Shown here one piece after another: positions 9,905 to 19,486 of a stretch of 64,000 bases of DNA (position 1 is the first letter of the stretch; the number at the start of each line of letters is the position of its first letter). This stretch comes from an uncultured Planctomycetia bacterium (GTDB lineage Bacteria > Omnitrophota > Gorgyraeia > 2-01-FULL-45-10), in assembly GCA_964352425.1 (NCBI GenBank), contig CAYGRZ010000001.1, forward strand, positions 672-64,671, written 5' to 3'. A program made the translations under genes and the position numbers. The notes beneath the pieces were generated by a model. That model did no database searches, was not told the DNA's origin, and worked only from the letters and a program-made list of their open reading frames with translations.

Positions 9905-11326
9905 ATGAAGATCGCACTCTCCAGGAGCTTCATTACAGCTGTTGCCGCCAGCCTTACGCTGTCCCTGCTGGTTCTCGCAAAAGGCGGTTACCTGTTTCCG
10001 AAAAAGACCGGTTCATTCGAATATATCAGGAAGGGTGAGGCTCTCCTCGATAAAGGCAACTACACGGGCGCTATTGCCCTGTTCGAGAAAGCCAACGCCG
10101 CATCACCCGAGAACAAGACAATCGCCGATGACCTGATATATTCTTATTCAAAGCACGCTGCACGGCTCGCCGACGGGGAAAAATATGACGATGCGGTCTC
10201 TTACATGGTCAAGGCATATGGCATAGCAGCGAACGCATATACGATGCAGAACCTGGCGCTTACCTTTGAGAAGAAGGCATTGTATGAGGCAAGGCGCGAA
10301 GAATGGCCCAAAGCACTCAATAGCTTCGAAAAGGCGCGGCTCGCCGCGGAAGATTCAAATATCGCGATCAAAAGCCTGAGGATCTCACTGTACAATGACG
10401 CGGCGAACGAATTCAAGGCCGGACGTAGCAAGCTTGCGATCACACTCCTGAAGCAGGCTGCGCTCGTTTACCAGGATAGCCATATATTCTCGCTGCTTGG
10501 CACAATTTATTATAAGCTTTCCGATCTTGAGAAGGCCCGTTTTTATTTTGAAAAGGCCCGGCTCCTCGATCCGCAGGATAGGGACCTGGCAGAGGGCGTG
10601 CGCAAGGTGTCGAGTGAGCTCGAACTGTCGCAGGAAAAGACGGTCAGGCAGATCCCGCATTTTGAACTGCGGTACGACAAAGGCCAGCAGATCGACTCAG
10701 GCTATGTGGCGGGCGTGCTGGAGAGGGCCTATTTTGACGTCGGGAAAGACCTGGGGTATTATCCCGGTTCAAAGACCACGGTATTTTTTTACTCAACCGG
10801 TAATTTCAGGGACATATTCAAGACGCCGAGCATCGTGAGGGCGTTCTACGATGGCAATATGAGGATACCCATGCCTGAATCGGCGCTCGATGCGAAGGAG
10901 TTGGCGAGTTATCTGTATCATGAGTACACGCATGCGGTGCTGTCGGCAATGACCGGCAATATCTGTCCGCCGTGGCTCGGCGAGGGCATTGCCGTATGGG
11001 AAGAGGTGAGGTGGACCCGGCCGGGCGCTGTAATTAAACTGCCGGAGAAGGCCCTTGAAGGGCGCGCGCTTACGGTGCAGCGCTTGAGCGACGCTTTTAA
11101 GGGCACGGCCGCCGAAAAGACGGATATCCAGCTCTATTATTTACTCGCGTATACCGTCGCTGATTATATCGTGGATACGTGGGGGCCGGGCGGGCTGCGC
11201 GATGTCTTGGGGAGGATATCGGACGGAGCTCACGCGATAAATGCGATCGACGACGAGTTTTCTATCAGTGAAAAAGAATTCGATACGCGGTGGATTAATT
11301 ATCTCCGGGGAAAATACGTAAACTAG
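9905..11326 (+). CDS. Secreted TPR-repeat protein with C-terminal Peptidase_MA-like HExxH domain
   Basis: 473 aa; N-terminal signal peptide; TPR-like helical repeats; HEYTHAV ... EGIAVWEE (HExxH plus downstream Glu). Confidence 0.65.
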   Translation: MKIALSRSFITAVAASLTLSLLVLAKGGYLFPKKTGSFEYIRKGEALLDKGNYTGAIALFEKANAASPENKTIADDLIYSYSKHAARLADGEKYDDAVSYMVKAYGIAANAYTMQNLALTFEKKALYEARREEWPKALNSFEKARLAAEDSNIAIKSLRISLYNDAANEFKAGRSKLAITLLKQAALVYQDSHIFSLLGTIYYKLSDLEKARFYFEKARLLDPQDRDLAEGVRKVSSELELSQEKTVRQIPHFELRYDKGQQIDSGYVAGVLERAYFDVGKDLGYYPGSKTTVFFYSTGNFRDIFKTPSIVRAFYDGNMRIPMPESALDAKELASYLYHEYTHAVLSAMTGNICPPWLGEGIAVWEEVRWTRPGAVIKLPEKALEGRALTVQRLSDAFKGTAAEKTDIQLYYLLAYTVADYIVDTWGPGGLRDVLGRISDGAHAINAIDDEFSISEKEFDTRWINYLRGKYVN

Positions 11327-11336
11327 GAGGGTTGCA

Positions 11337-11915
11337 ATGGGAAAATCGCTCAAGGGGACGAAGACGGAAAGGAACCTGCTGGCGGCATTCGCGGGCGAGT
11401 CGCAGGCCAGAAACAGGTACACATATTTCGCGAGCGCCGCCCGCAAGGGTGGCTACGAGCAGATAGCGAATATCTTCACCGAGACGGCCGAGAACGAAAA
11501 AGAGCACGCGAAGATATTCTTCAAGCATCTCGAGGGCGGCGATGTCGTCATCAACGCGGCGTACCCGGCCGGCTCGATCAGGGACACGAAGGCGAACCTG
11601 GAAGCGGCGGCCGACGGTGAGAAGCTGGAATGGACGACCCTCTACGCCGATTTCGCGAAGACGGCCACAGACGAGGGCTTCCCTGACGTGGCGCGGTCTT
11701 TCGAGCAGATCGGGAAAGTCGAGAGATTCCACGAGGCGAGGTACAGGAAGCTTATCGATAACATCGCGAAGAATGAGGTCTTCAAGCGCACGCAGCTAGC
11801 GAAGTGGCATTGCATCAATTGCGGCTACGTGCACGAAGGCGCAGAGGCGCCGAACGAATGCCCCGCGTGCAGGCATCCGCGGGCATACTACGAAATATTG
11901 GCCGAGAACTTCTAG
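11337..11915 (+). CDS. Rubrerythrin
   Basis: 192 aa; ferritin-like diiron ExxH motifs plus C-terminal rubredoxin-like CINCGY...CPAC. Confidence 0.9.
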   Translation: MGKSLKGTKTERNLLAAFAGESQARNRYTYFASAARKGGYEQIANIFTETAENEKEHAKIFFKHLEGGDVVINAAYPAGSIRDTKANLEAAADGEKLEWTTLYADFAKTATDEGFPDVARSFEQIGKVERFHEARYRKLIDNIAKNEVFKRTQLAKWHCINCGYVHEGAEAPNECPACRHPRAYYEILAENF

Positions 11916-11917
11916 CC

Positions 11918-12226
11918 ATGGCACGGGCCCTGGCGGAAACAATAGGTTACCGGAAGGGCGCTATAGTCAGCCGCGAAATAGCGCGGAAGAGGGCCGGAAC
12001 GGTCACGGTCTTCGCGTTCGATAAGGGACAGGCCTTAAGCGAGCACACGGCCCCGTTCGATGCGATCGTCTATATCCTTGACGGACAGGCCCAGATCACC
12101 ATCGCGGGGTCGCGCCGTCCGGCAAAGGCGGGCGAGATGGTGGTGATGCCGGCTGATAAGCCGCACGCGCTGAAGGCGGCGCGGCGATTCAAGATGCTGC
12201 TTATCATGTTAAGATCCGGGGACTAA
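11918..12226 (+). CDS. Small cupin-domain protein
   Basis: ATG at 11918 two nt after the rubrerythrin stop (MARALAETIG...); about 100 aa cupin fold (GEMVVMPADKPH). The ORF-track start at 11804 overlaps rubrerythrin. Confidence 0.65.
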   Translation: MARALAETIGYRKGAIVSREIARKRAGTVTVFAFDKGQALSEHTAPFDAIVYILDGQAQITIAGSRRPAKAGEMVVMPADKPHALKAARRFKMLLIMLRSGD

Positions 12227-12228
12227 AG

Positions 12229-13866
12229 GTGTTCCGGCCGACAGAGGTGCTCTTTAGTCCCACGACGAGATGTAACCTGCGCTGCGCCCACTGCGATGTA
12301 GAGCGCACCGGAAAGACGCTTTCGGCCGGCAGTGCGAAGAGATTTCTTAAAGGGTGCGCAAGGCTCGGCGTAAAGCGCGTCGGTTTTACCGGCGGAGAGC
12401 CGTTCCTGGCGCTGGATTTCCTCTGTGATGTAAGTTCTGAGGCTCTCAGGCAGGGATTTCTCTTCGACAGGATCATGACCAACGGTGTGTGGTGGAGCGA
12501 CACTCTCGCGATGGCCGGGTCGCTTATGCGGCTGCGGGGCGCAGGCTACGACGGTTCGATATGTGTCAGCGTCGATGCATTCCACGCTCAGGGCATAAAA
12601 AAGGCGGCAGAGTTTATTAAGACCGCCGTTTCGGTCTGGCGAAGGCCTGACATTGTATCCGTCGCGTATGTGGGCGGCTGCCGGGACAGACAGACCGCCC
12701 GGAAGCTCGACGCACTCGACAAAGCGGTGAAGGGAGCAGGCATATGTATCAGGAAGGTCAAGATACCTCTTTCGGCGGCCGGCAGGGGAACGGCAGTAAA
12801 GGGAGCCTGGGACGGCGCGTGGTTTAAAGAAGACCATTGCAGGGGACCCGGCAACGCGTTTTTCGTTTTGCCCAGCGGCGACGTCAAGCCGTGCTGCGGG
12901 TACGCGACGCTCAGACGGGAACTGACGGTGGGTAATATACAGCGCGACAGCGCGCATGATATCATGAAAAATATCCGCGGCAATCGTTTCGTCAGCGCCG
13001 TCTTCAATTCCGGTTTGAGCGCGATACGGAAAAAGCTCGAAGCGGGGCTCTGGCGCTTCCCGGGCAAGACGACCGACCATTGCTTTTTCTGCGAGTACCT
13101 CCTAAAAAAAGTTCCGCGAAAGGTGCTCGCAAAGGCCCTGGCAACGATCCTCCTGTTCTTATTCGCAATCACCTTCCAGGCATCCGCGCAGGAGCTTAAG
13201 CCCGCGAAAGACATGCGCCGTATACCCGCAAAAGTGCTGCGCAGGATCGATATCCCGGCATGGTATCACGAAGGCATGTTCTACGACGGCAAATCGTTAT
13301 GGCTGGCCAACGGCGAAAAAGGAAAGATATGGGTCATCGACGCTTCCTCGGGTAAGGTGACCTCTGAGATTGTTCCCGTCGCCGATTTCGCCGAGGCATT
13401 GATACGGCGTCCCGACGGAGCCTTGTTCACGACCGAATGGTATACCATGAAGCTGTATAAGGTCAGGCTGGAAGGCGGCCGGCTCGTGCCGGAATCGGAG
13501 CTGTCGTTCTATCCCGCGCATCCGGCCGGGCTTGCCAGCGACGAAAAACGCCTGTTCGTCGTCGTATGGAAGCGCGGCTTCGGCACGAAGTTCGAGCTCG
13601 TCGAGCTTGATGCCGGCATGAAGATAATCAACAGGATGATGATCAAGGGTATCCATGAGCCTGACCAGCTTACGTGGGACGGCAAAGACCTCTGGGCGTC
13701 GAGCTGGTACTCTAAGCGCGTGTACAGGATCGATACCGTTGTATGGGAGATTACAGGATATTTCAACTCGCCGGTAACAAAGACGACGGGTATCGCCTGG
13801 GACGGTAAATACATGTGGGTGACCGGCACATACGGTGACCTGTACCAGATGGAGATAGGAGGGTAG
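12229..13866 (+). CDS. Radical SAM/SPASM-like domain (CNLRCAHC) in frame with a signal-anchor helix and a glutaminyl-cyclase-like beta-propeller; fusion protein or two translationally contiguous genes
   Basis: N-terminal CxxxCxxC, GGEPFL and C-terminal Cys cluster (CC...CxxC). Residues about 290-320 are hydrophobic (VLAKALATILLFLFAITFQASAQ). The C-terminal 250 aa resemble bacterial glutamine cyclotransferase propellers (W..GK.LWAS.W.S.RVYRID). A possible internal GTG start at 13123 has the same aaaggtg context as the 12229 GTG start. Confidence 0.65.
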   Translation: MFRPTEVLFSPTTRCNLRCAHCDVERTGKTLSAGSAKRFLKGCARLGVKRVGFTGGEPFLALDFLCDVSSEALRQGFLFDRIMTNGVWWSDTLAMAGSLMRLRGAGYDGSICVSVDAFHAQGIKKAAEFIKTAVSVWRRPDIVSVAYVGGCRDRQTARKLDALDKAVKGAGICIRKVKIPLSAAGRGTAVKGAWDGAWFKEDHCRGPGNAFFVLPSGDVKPCCGYATLRRELTVGNIQRDSAHDIMKNIRGNRFVSAVFNSGLSAIRKKLEAGLWRFPGKTTDHCFFCEYLLKKVPRKVLAKALATILLFLFAITFQASAQELKPAKDMRRIPAKVLRRIDIPAWYHEGMFYDGKSLWLANGEKGKIWVIDASSGKVTSEIVPVADFAEALIRRPDGALFTTEWYTMKLYKVRLEGGRLVPESELSFYPAHPAGLASDEKRLFVVVWKRGFGTKFELVELDAGMKIINRMMIKGIHEPDQLTWDGKDLWASSWYSKRVYRIDTVVWEITGYFNSPVTKTTGIAWDGKYMWVTGTYGDLYQMEIGG

Positions 13867-13870
13867 CGCC

Positions 13871-14458
13871 GTGGGGCGTATAGTGAGAGAGATCCCGGCG
13901 GTACTGATGCTCGCCGTCATAGTGGCGGCATTGTGCGTGTGCGCCCGGCAGCATGCCTGTGCGGCGGCGAAGATAACGGTGACGAGCGCCTCTTTTAAAG
14001 AGGGCCAGATGATGCCCGAAAAGCACGCGTATGACAAAGACAATTCTTCGCCTTCGATAGGATGGTCCGGGATCCCTGCGGGCACCAGGACTATAGCCGT
14101 TATCTGCGATGACCCTGATGCGCCTTCGGGCAGCTGGGTGCATTGGGTCATATTCAATATTCCCGCTTCTGCGATCGGGTTGCCGGAAGGTATACCGATG
14201 GCTGAACAGTTCGATGACGGCACGTTGCAGGGAACCAACGATTTTAAGAAACCCGGTTATGACGGCCCCTATCCGCCGTACGGGACGCACAGGTATGTCT
14301 TTACAGTGTATGCCCTCGACATGGTGTCAGATCTCGCGCAGGATGCGACGAGGCAGGACCTTATGCGCGCTATGGGCGGCCACGTGCTTGGCACGGGCTC
14401 GCTCACGGGACGGTATAAAAGAAAAATTGACACCCCCAAAGAGGATGTGATAGAGTAA
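13871..14458 (+). CDS. Secreted YbhB/YbcL-family (PEBP / Raf-kinase-inhibitor-like) protein
   Basis: 195 aa; signal peptide; DPDAP...WVHW...GP.PP.G.HRY.F PEBP signature. Confidence 0.8.
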   Translation: MGRIVREIPAVLMLAVIVAALCVCARQHACAAAKITVTSASFKEGQMMPEKHAYDKDNSSPSIGWSGIPAGTRTIAVICDDPDAPSGSWVHWVIFNIPASAIGLPEGIPMAEQFDDGTLQGTNDFKKPGYDGPYPPYGTHRYVFTVYALDMVSDLAQDATRQDLMRAMGGHVLGTGSLTGRYKRKIDTPKEDVIE

Positions 14459-14466
14459 ATCTGCTC

Positions 14467-15477
14467 ATGGATACAAAGAATATATGCATAATCGGTGACG
14501 GTGGTTGGGGCACGACATTAGGTATCCTGCTCTCCGGCAAAGGATGCAGCGTAACGCTCTGGGGGGCGTTTCCTGATTATATTGAAACGTTCCGCAGAGC
14601 CCGGCAGAATATAAAATTCCTGCCCGGCGTAAAGCTGCCCGACAGTTTTAAGCTCACCTCCGACCTCGAAGAGGCCCTCAGGAATAAAGATATCGTCGTC
14701 CTTGCCGTCCCGTCGCAATATATGAGGGCGGTCCTCATGATGCTCAAGATGGAGAATCTCGAAGGCAAGGTCCTGGTGAGCGTTGCAAAAGGTATAGAGA
14801 ATACCACGCTTAAGAGGATGTCGGAAGTGATCGGCGAGATCCTCGGCGCACGGCAGGTCGCTGTCCTCTCGGGACCGACGATAGCCCTCGAGGTCGTCAA
14901 CGGCGTACCGACCTCAGCGGTAATAGCGTCAAAAGACCGCATCCTTGCATCGGAGCTCCAGGATCTCTTTATGACAGAGCGGTTCCGCATTTATACGAAT
15001 GATGACGTCATTGGCGTTGAACTCGGGGGCTCGCTTAAGAACATTATCGCCATCGCCGCCGGCACGCTCGACGCGCTCGGTTTTGGGACCAATTCGAAGG
15101 CGGCGCTGCTGACCCGGGGCATCGTCGAGATGGCGAGGCTCGGCGTCGCTATGGGCGCCAAGCGCGATACCTTTTACGGGTTAAGCGGCCTGGGCGACCT
15201 CACGACGACCTGCACAAGCCAGTATTCGAGAAACAGATGGCTCGGGGAAGAGATAGGCAGGGGCAGGAAGATGAAGGATATCGTGAAAGAGACTGAGATG
15301 GTCGTCGAGGGTGTCGCAACCGCGCGATCCGCGTATGACCTGTCGAAAAAATATAAAGTCGATATGCCCATAACCACCGAGATCTACAGGGTCCTCTACG
15401 AAAACAAAGACCCCAAGCAAGCCATCCGCGACCTCATGACACGGCCATCCAAGACCGAGATCGAATACCTTTCTTAA
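14467..15477 (+). CDS. gpsA: NAD(P)H-dependent glycerol-3-phosphate dehydrogenase
   Basis: 336 aa; ICIIGDGGWGT Rossmann motif; GpsA family throughout. Confidence 0.95.
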   Translation: MDTKNICIIGDGGWGTTLGILLSGKGCSVTLWGAFPDYIETFRRARQNIKFLPGVKLPDSFKLTSDLEEALRNKDIVVLAVPSQYMRAVLMMLKMENLEGKVLVSVAKGIENTTLKRMSEVIGEILGARQVAVLSGPTIALEVVNGVPTSAVIASKDRILASELQDLFMTERFRIYTNDDVIGVELGGSLKNIIAIAAGTLDALGFGTNSKAALLTRGIVEMARLGVAMGAKRDTFYGLSGLGDLTTTCTSQYSRNRWLGEEIGRGRKMKDIVKETEMVVEGVATARSAYDLSKKYKVDMPITTEIYRVLYENKDPKQAIRDLMTRPSKTEIEYLS

Positions 15478-15585
15478 AAAGCGTTTCCGCCACCGATTAT
15501 ATACCCAAAAACATCTTTTTTGTTCCATAAAGCATGCGGATTTGATATAATACTGGCCTGCCATTATCAATATTATGGTGTATGT

Positions 15586-15617
15586 CGGGGCGTAGCGCAG
15601 ACCGGCTAGCGCACTTG
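15586..15617 (+). pseudogene. 5' half-copy (32 nt) of tRNA-Pro: acceptor 5' strand, D-arm, start of anticodon stem
   Basis: cggggCgtagcgcagAccggctagcgcacttg vs intact gene cggggAgtagcgcagCccggctagcgcacttg (30/32 identical). It diverges inside the anticodon stem. No matching 3' half was found. Confidence 0.55.
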
Positions 15618-15737
15618 TTCAATGAGCAGATGCGTTATGTCCGTCCGAAGGACGACATAACGCATAGGCCGCAGGCCGTCTGCGAATTAATCCCGCAAGA
15701 CTCAGCTTAAGAGATCGCAGTCAGCTATAAAGTTGTC

Positions 15738-15765
15738 TTGCGGGACTTGGGATTAGATATATAAT
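15738..15765 (+). promoter_or_regulatory. Putative sigma70 promoter of tRNA-Pro (TTGCGG-16nt-TATAAT)
   Basis: -10 TATAAT at 15760-15765, 13 nt upstream of the mature tRNA 5' end; -35 lies in the 3' arm of a long hairpin. Confidence 0.4.
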
Positions 15766-15778
15766 AGCGAATTCATAT

Positions 15779-15856
15779 CGGGGAGTAGCGCAGCCCGGCT
15801 AGCGCACTTGCTTGGGGTGCAAGGGGTCGTGAGTTCAAATCTCATCTCCCCGACCA
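15779..15856 (+). tRNA. tRNA-Pro (anticodon GGG), CCA encoded
   Basis: Manual fold: acceptor cggggag/ctccccg, D-arm gcgc/gcgc, anticodon stem cttgc/gcaag with loop ttGGGgt, T-arm gtgag-ttcaaat-ctcat, discriminator A plus CCA. Confidence 0.85.
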
Positions 15857-15874
15857 TTTTACAAAGGAAGCAGT

Positions 15875-17200
15875 ATGAAAACGGTCAATATCGGGATAAT
15901 CGGTTTCGGGACCATAGGCGCCGGTGTTGTGAAGGCACTTACGTCCAGGAGGGCATTCCTGCGAGAGAAGAGCGGCATCGATATAAATATCGTCAAAATA
16001 TGCGATAAGGACCTGAAGACGAGGCGTAGCGTAAAAGTCGCAAAGAGCCTCCTTACGAAAGTTGTCGGCAAGGTGATCTACGATCCTACAATCGATATCG
16101 TCGTTGAGCTTATCGGCGGTATAACCCCGGCAAAAGACATCGTGCTCGAGTCGCTTAAGGCAGGCAAGAATGTCGTCACTGCGAACAAAGCGCTTCTTTC
16201 CGACTCCGGTGACCAGATATTCAGCCTGGCGAACGACCTGGGCCTCTCGGTAGGGTTTGAGGCGTCGGTCGGGGGCGGTATCCCGATCATACGGGCGATC
16301 AAGGAAGGGTTTATCGCTGACCGGATAGAGCTCATCTACGGTATTATCAACGGGACGAGTAACTTCATATTGACCAGGATGGCCGAAGATAAGCTCTCTT
16401 TCAAAGAAGCGCTCGCGATCGCCCAGGTCCGGGGATATGCCGAGAAGGACCCGTATCTCGATATCAGCGGCGGCGATTCTGCCCATAAGTTGTCGATCCT
16501 CGCCCTTCTGGGATTCGGCGCGGTAGTCAAGCCGGCGGATATTTACACCGAAGGCATCGTCGATATCGAACAGGATGACATCCAGTATGCCGCCGGCATG
16601 GGATACGCCATCAAGCTGCTTGCCATAGCAAAGAGAAATAAAGGTGCCCTGGAGCTCCGCGTCCATCCGACACTTATTCCCGCGTCGCATCTTCTGTCGA
16701 ATGTGAGCGGTGTTTATAACGCCATATTCGTCAAAGGCGACCTGGTCGGTGAGAACCTGTTCTATGGCCAGGGCGCCGGTGCTCAGCCGACATCGAGCGC
16801 GGTGGTGAGCGATATCATGGCGATAGCCAAATGCATGAATGATGGTGGCGCGCAAGGGCATACATGCATGCGCGGCGCTCGATCAAAGATGGAGAAGTGC
16901 ATACCGATCAGGAAAGACGTGAGCAGGATCGAGAAGATGGACGAGGTCATGACGAGATATTATATCAAGTTTCTCGCCATCGATAAGCCGGGAGTCCTCA
17001 CAAAGATATCCGGCGTGCTCGCCAAACACAGGATCAGCATCGCGAGCGTCACCCAGAAGGAGCGCAGGGCCGGCAGCGTGGTCCCCATAGTGATGATGAC
17101 GCACGATGCACTCGAGAGGGACATGGCGAAAGCGCTGAGGGAGATAGCCAGGTTGAATGTGATAAAGAAAAGGCTTGTCCGCATCAGGGTGGAGAATTGA
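15875..17200 (+). CDS. hom: Homoserine dehydrogenase (with C-terminal ACT domain)
   Basis: 441 aa; [16 protein letters not shown]-binding motif; catalytic domain; C-terminal ACT. Confidence 0.95.
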   Translation: MKTVNIGIIGFGTIGAGVVKALTSRRAFLREKSGIDINIVKICDKDLKTRRSVKVAKSLLTKVVGKVIYDPTIDIVVELIGGITPAKDIVLESLKAGKNVVTANKALLSDSGDQIFSLANDLGLSVGFEASVGGGIPIIRAIKEGFIADRIELIYGIINGTSNFILTRMAEDKLSFKEALAIAQVRGYAEKDPYLDISGGDSAHKLSILALLGFGAVVKPADIYTEGIVDIEQDDIQYAAGMGYAIKLLAIAKRNKGALELRVHPTLIPASHLLSNVSGVYNAIFVKGDLVGENLFYGQGAGAQPTSSAVVSDIMAIAKCMNDGGAQGHTCMRGARSKMEKCIPIRKDVSRIEKMDEVMTRYYIKFLAIDKPGVLTKISGVLAKHRISIASVTQKERRAGSVVPIVMMTHDALERDMAKALREIARLNVIKKRLVRIRVEN

Positions 17201-17201
17201 T

Positions 17202-18278
17202 ATGTGGAAGGGCCTCATTGAAGAATACAGAAAGTTCCTGCCGGTAACGCCGAAGACACCGGTCGTCACGCTGAAGGAAGGCAACACTCCTTTGATATAT
17301 GCCTGCCATATTTCCGGCCTTATCGGCGACGGGATCGAGGTATATTTAAAATATGAAGGGTTGAATCCCACCGGCTCGTTCAAGGACCGCGGGATGACGA
17401 TGGCGATATCGAAGGCGCTTGAGGAAGGCTCTAAAGTGGTTATGTGCGCCTCGACCGGGAATACCTCGGCGTCTGCAGCGGCCTATGCGGCGAAAGCCGG
17501 CCTGAAATGCGTGGTACTTATTCCGGAAGGCAATATAGCGCTCGGAAAGCTTTCGCAGGCGCTCATCCACGGATCGAAGGTCATTGCGATCAAGGGCAAT
17601 TTCGATGACGCGCTTGAGCTCGTCAAAGAGATCACTAAAAAATATCCCATTACGCTGGTAAATTCGCTCAATCCCTACAGGATAGAAGGGCAGAAGACCG
17701 GCAGCTTCGAAATATGCGACACACTGGGAGATGCGCCCGATTTTCACGCGATACCGGTAGGCAATGCAGGCAATATCACCGCGTATTGGAAGGGGTACAA
17801 GGAGTATAAGGACGCTGGTAAGAGCAGGAAACTGCCGAAGATGCTGGGCTTCCAGGCCGAGGGAGCCGCGCCTATTGTGTTGGGCCATCCTGTGAAGGAT
17901 CCAAAGACTATTGCCACGGCCATCAAGATCGGTAATCCCGCGAGCTGGAAGCAGGCCGAGGCCGCGCGCGACGAATCAGGCGGCCTGATAGGCACGGTAA
18001 CCGACGACGAGATCCTGGCGGCGTATAAGCTGCTTGCCTCGAAGGAAGGCGTATTTGTTGAGCCGGCGAGTGCGGCGAGCGTGGCCGGGGTATTGAAGCT
18101 CGCGAAAAAAGGTTATTTTAAAAATCTACGGACTACCGACTACGGACTGCCGACCAAGATCGTCTGCATCCTGACCGGCCACGGGCTCAAGGACCCGGAC
18201 AGGGCGATAGCAAGTATCGAGAAACCTGTAACATTGGAACCGAAAGTTGAAGTGATCCTCAAGGAGATCGGGCTATGA
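17202..18278 (+). CDS. thrC: Threonine synthase
   Basis: PLP-fold motifs [14 protein letters not shown]; ATG at 17202 one nt after the hom stop. Confidence 0.9.
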   Translation: MWKGLIEEYRKFLPVTPKTPVVTLKEGNTPLIYACHISGLIGDGIEVYLKYEGLNPTGSFKDRGMTMAISKALEEGSKVVMCASTGNTSASAAAYAAKAGLKCVVLIPEGNIALGKLSQALIHGSKVIAIKGNFDDALELVKEITKKYPITLVNSLNPYRIEGQKTGSFEICDTLGDAPDFHAIPVGNAGNITAYWKGYKEYKDAGKSRKLPKMLGFQAEGAAPIVLGHPVKDPKTIATAIKIGNPASWKQAEAARDESGGLIGTVTDDEILAAYKLLASKEGVFVEPASAASVAGVLKLAKKGYFKNLRTTDYGLPTKIVCILTGHGLKDPDRAIASIEKPVTLEPKVEVILKEIGL

Positions 18279-19480
18279 AATACGCGATACTTGTCGGCGA
18301 CGGGATGAGCGATTACCCCGTTCCTGAACTTGGCGACAGGACGCCTCTTGAGGTCGCGAAGATCCCGAACATGAACGATATCGTCAAGCACGGGATGATC
18401 GGCCTGGTCAAGACGGTCCCGTCAGGGATGAAGCCCGCCAGCGATATCGCGAACCTCGCCATCATGGGATACGACCCAAAGACGTATTATACCGGCAGGG
18501 GGCCGCTCGAAGCCGCGAATATAGGTATAGAGATCGCCGAGAACGAGATCGCGTTCAGGTGCAACCTTATCACCGCGAACAATGATACGCTCGCCGACTA
18601 CAGCGCGGGGCATATTGCGGAAAAAGAGTCGAGGACGCTGATGGAGTATCTCGACAAAAAGCTGGGATCGGAGAAGGTCAGGTTTTACCACGGCAAAAGC
18701 TACCGTAACCTGACGGTCATCAGGACAAAGTCGGATGATGAGCTGAGCGGCCTGAAAAAAGTTGACTGCACCCCGCCGCATGATATCAGCGGGAAGTCTA
18801 TTTCCAAACACCTTCCGAAGGGCAAGGGCGCCCGGATACTGGTTGAGCTGATGCAGGCGTCAAGGGAGATCCTTGAGAAGCAGGAGATAAATAGAGTCCG
18901 GGTGGATCTTGGCGAGAACCCCGGCAATATGATCTGGCTCTGGGGGCAGGGCACCAACCCGAACATGCCGACATTCAAAGGGCTCTTCGGCATCGAGGGA
19001 TCGGTCATATCGGCGGTCGACCTGATCAACGGGATCGGCAAGCTTATCGGCCTCGAGGTGATACAGGTCCCCGGCGCGACCGGTTATTACGATACCAATT
19101 ACCAGGGGAAGGGCGAGTACGCGGTCGCGTCGTTAAAGAGGAAAGATTATATCTTCGTCCATGTCGAAGCGCCGGACGAGGCGGGACATAACGGCGACGT
19201 GCGGGAGAAGATCAGGGCGATAGAGAACTTCGACAAGTTCGTGGTCGGCCAGGTCTGGCGATACCTGCAGGGCGCCGGTGATTACCGGGTCATGGTATTG
19301 TCGGACCACCCGACGCCCGTCTCGATAAAGACGCACGCGGCCGACCCCGCGCCGTTTGCCGTGGCGGGGACCGGGGTGGATCATAACGGCTTTGATGTCT
19401 TCAGTGAGGCGAATGCGAAAGAGAGCAAACTGAAATTCAAGAGCGGCGCCTCGCTGACCGAACGGCTGATAAAAGGGTGA
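18275..19480 (+). CDS. Cofactor-independent phosphoglycerate mutase (apgM) homolog; thr-operon type, proposed non-orthologous homoserine kinase
   Basis: 401 aa; metalloenzyme (alkaline-phosphatase-like) superfamily of archaeal-type iPGM; sits between thrC and lysC where thrB is expected and no thrB is present. Confidence 0.75.
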   Translation: MKYAILVGDGMSDYPVPELGDRTPLEVAKIPNMNDIVKHGMIGLVKTVPSGMKPASDIANLAIMGYDPKTYYTGRGPLEAANIGIEIAENEIAFRCNLITANNDTLADYSAGHIAEKESRTLMEYLDKKLGSEKVRFYHGKSYRNLTVIRTKSDDELSGLKKVDCTPPHDISGKSISKHLPKGKGARILVELMQASREILEKQEINRVRVDLGENPGNMIWLWGQGTNPNMPTFKGLFGIEGSVISAVDLINGIGKLIGLEVIQVPGATGYYDTNYQGKGEYAVASLKRKDYIFVHVEAPDEAGHNGDVREKIRAIENFDKFVVGQVWRYLQGAGDYRVMVLSDHPTPVSIKTHAADPAPFAVAGTGVDHNGFDVFSEANAKESKLKFKSGASLTERLIKG

Positions 19481-19486
19481 TACGAT

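Noticed and set aside
15586-15856. Idea that the upstream tRNA-like 5' half and the downstream gene are one tRNA interrupted by an intron
   Set aside because: The downstream tRNA-Pro is complete on its own (its own 5' acceptor strand pairs perfectly with its 3' end). The upstream copy diverges inside the anticodon stem, not at the canonical intron site, and has no matching 3' acceptor strand (cgccccg) anywhere nearby.
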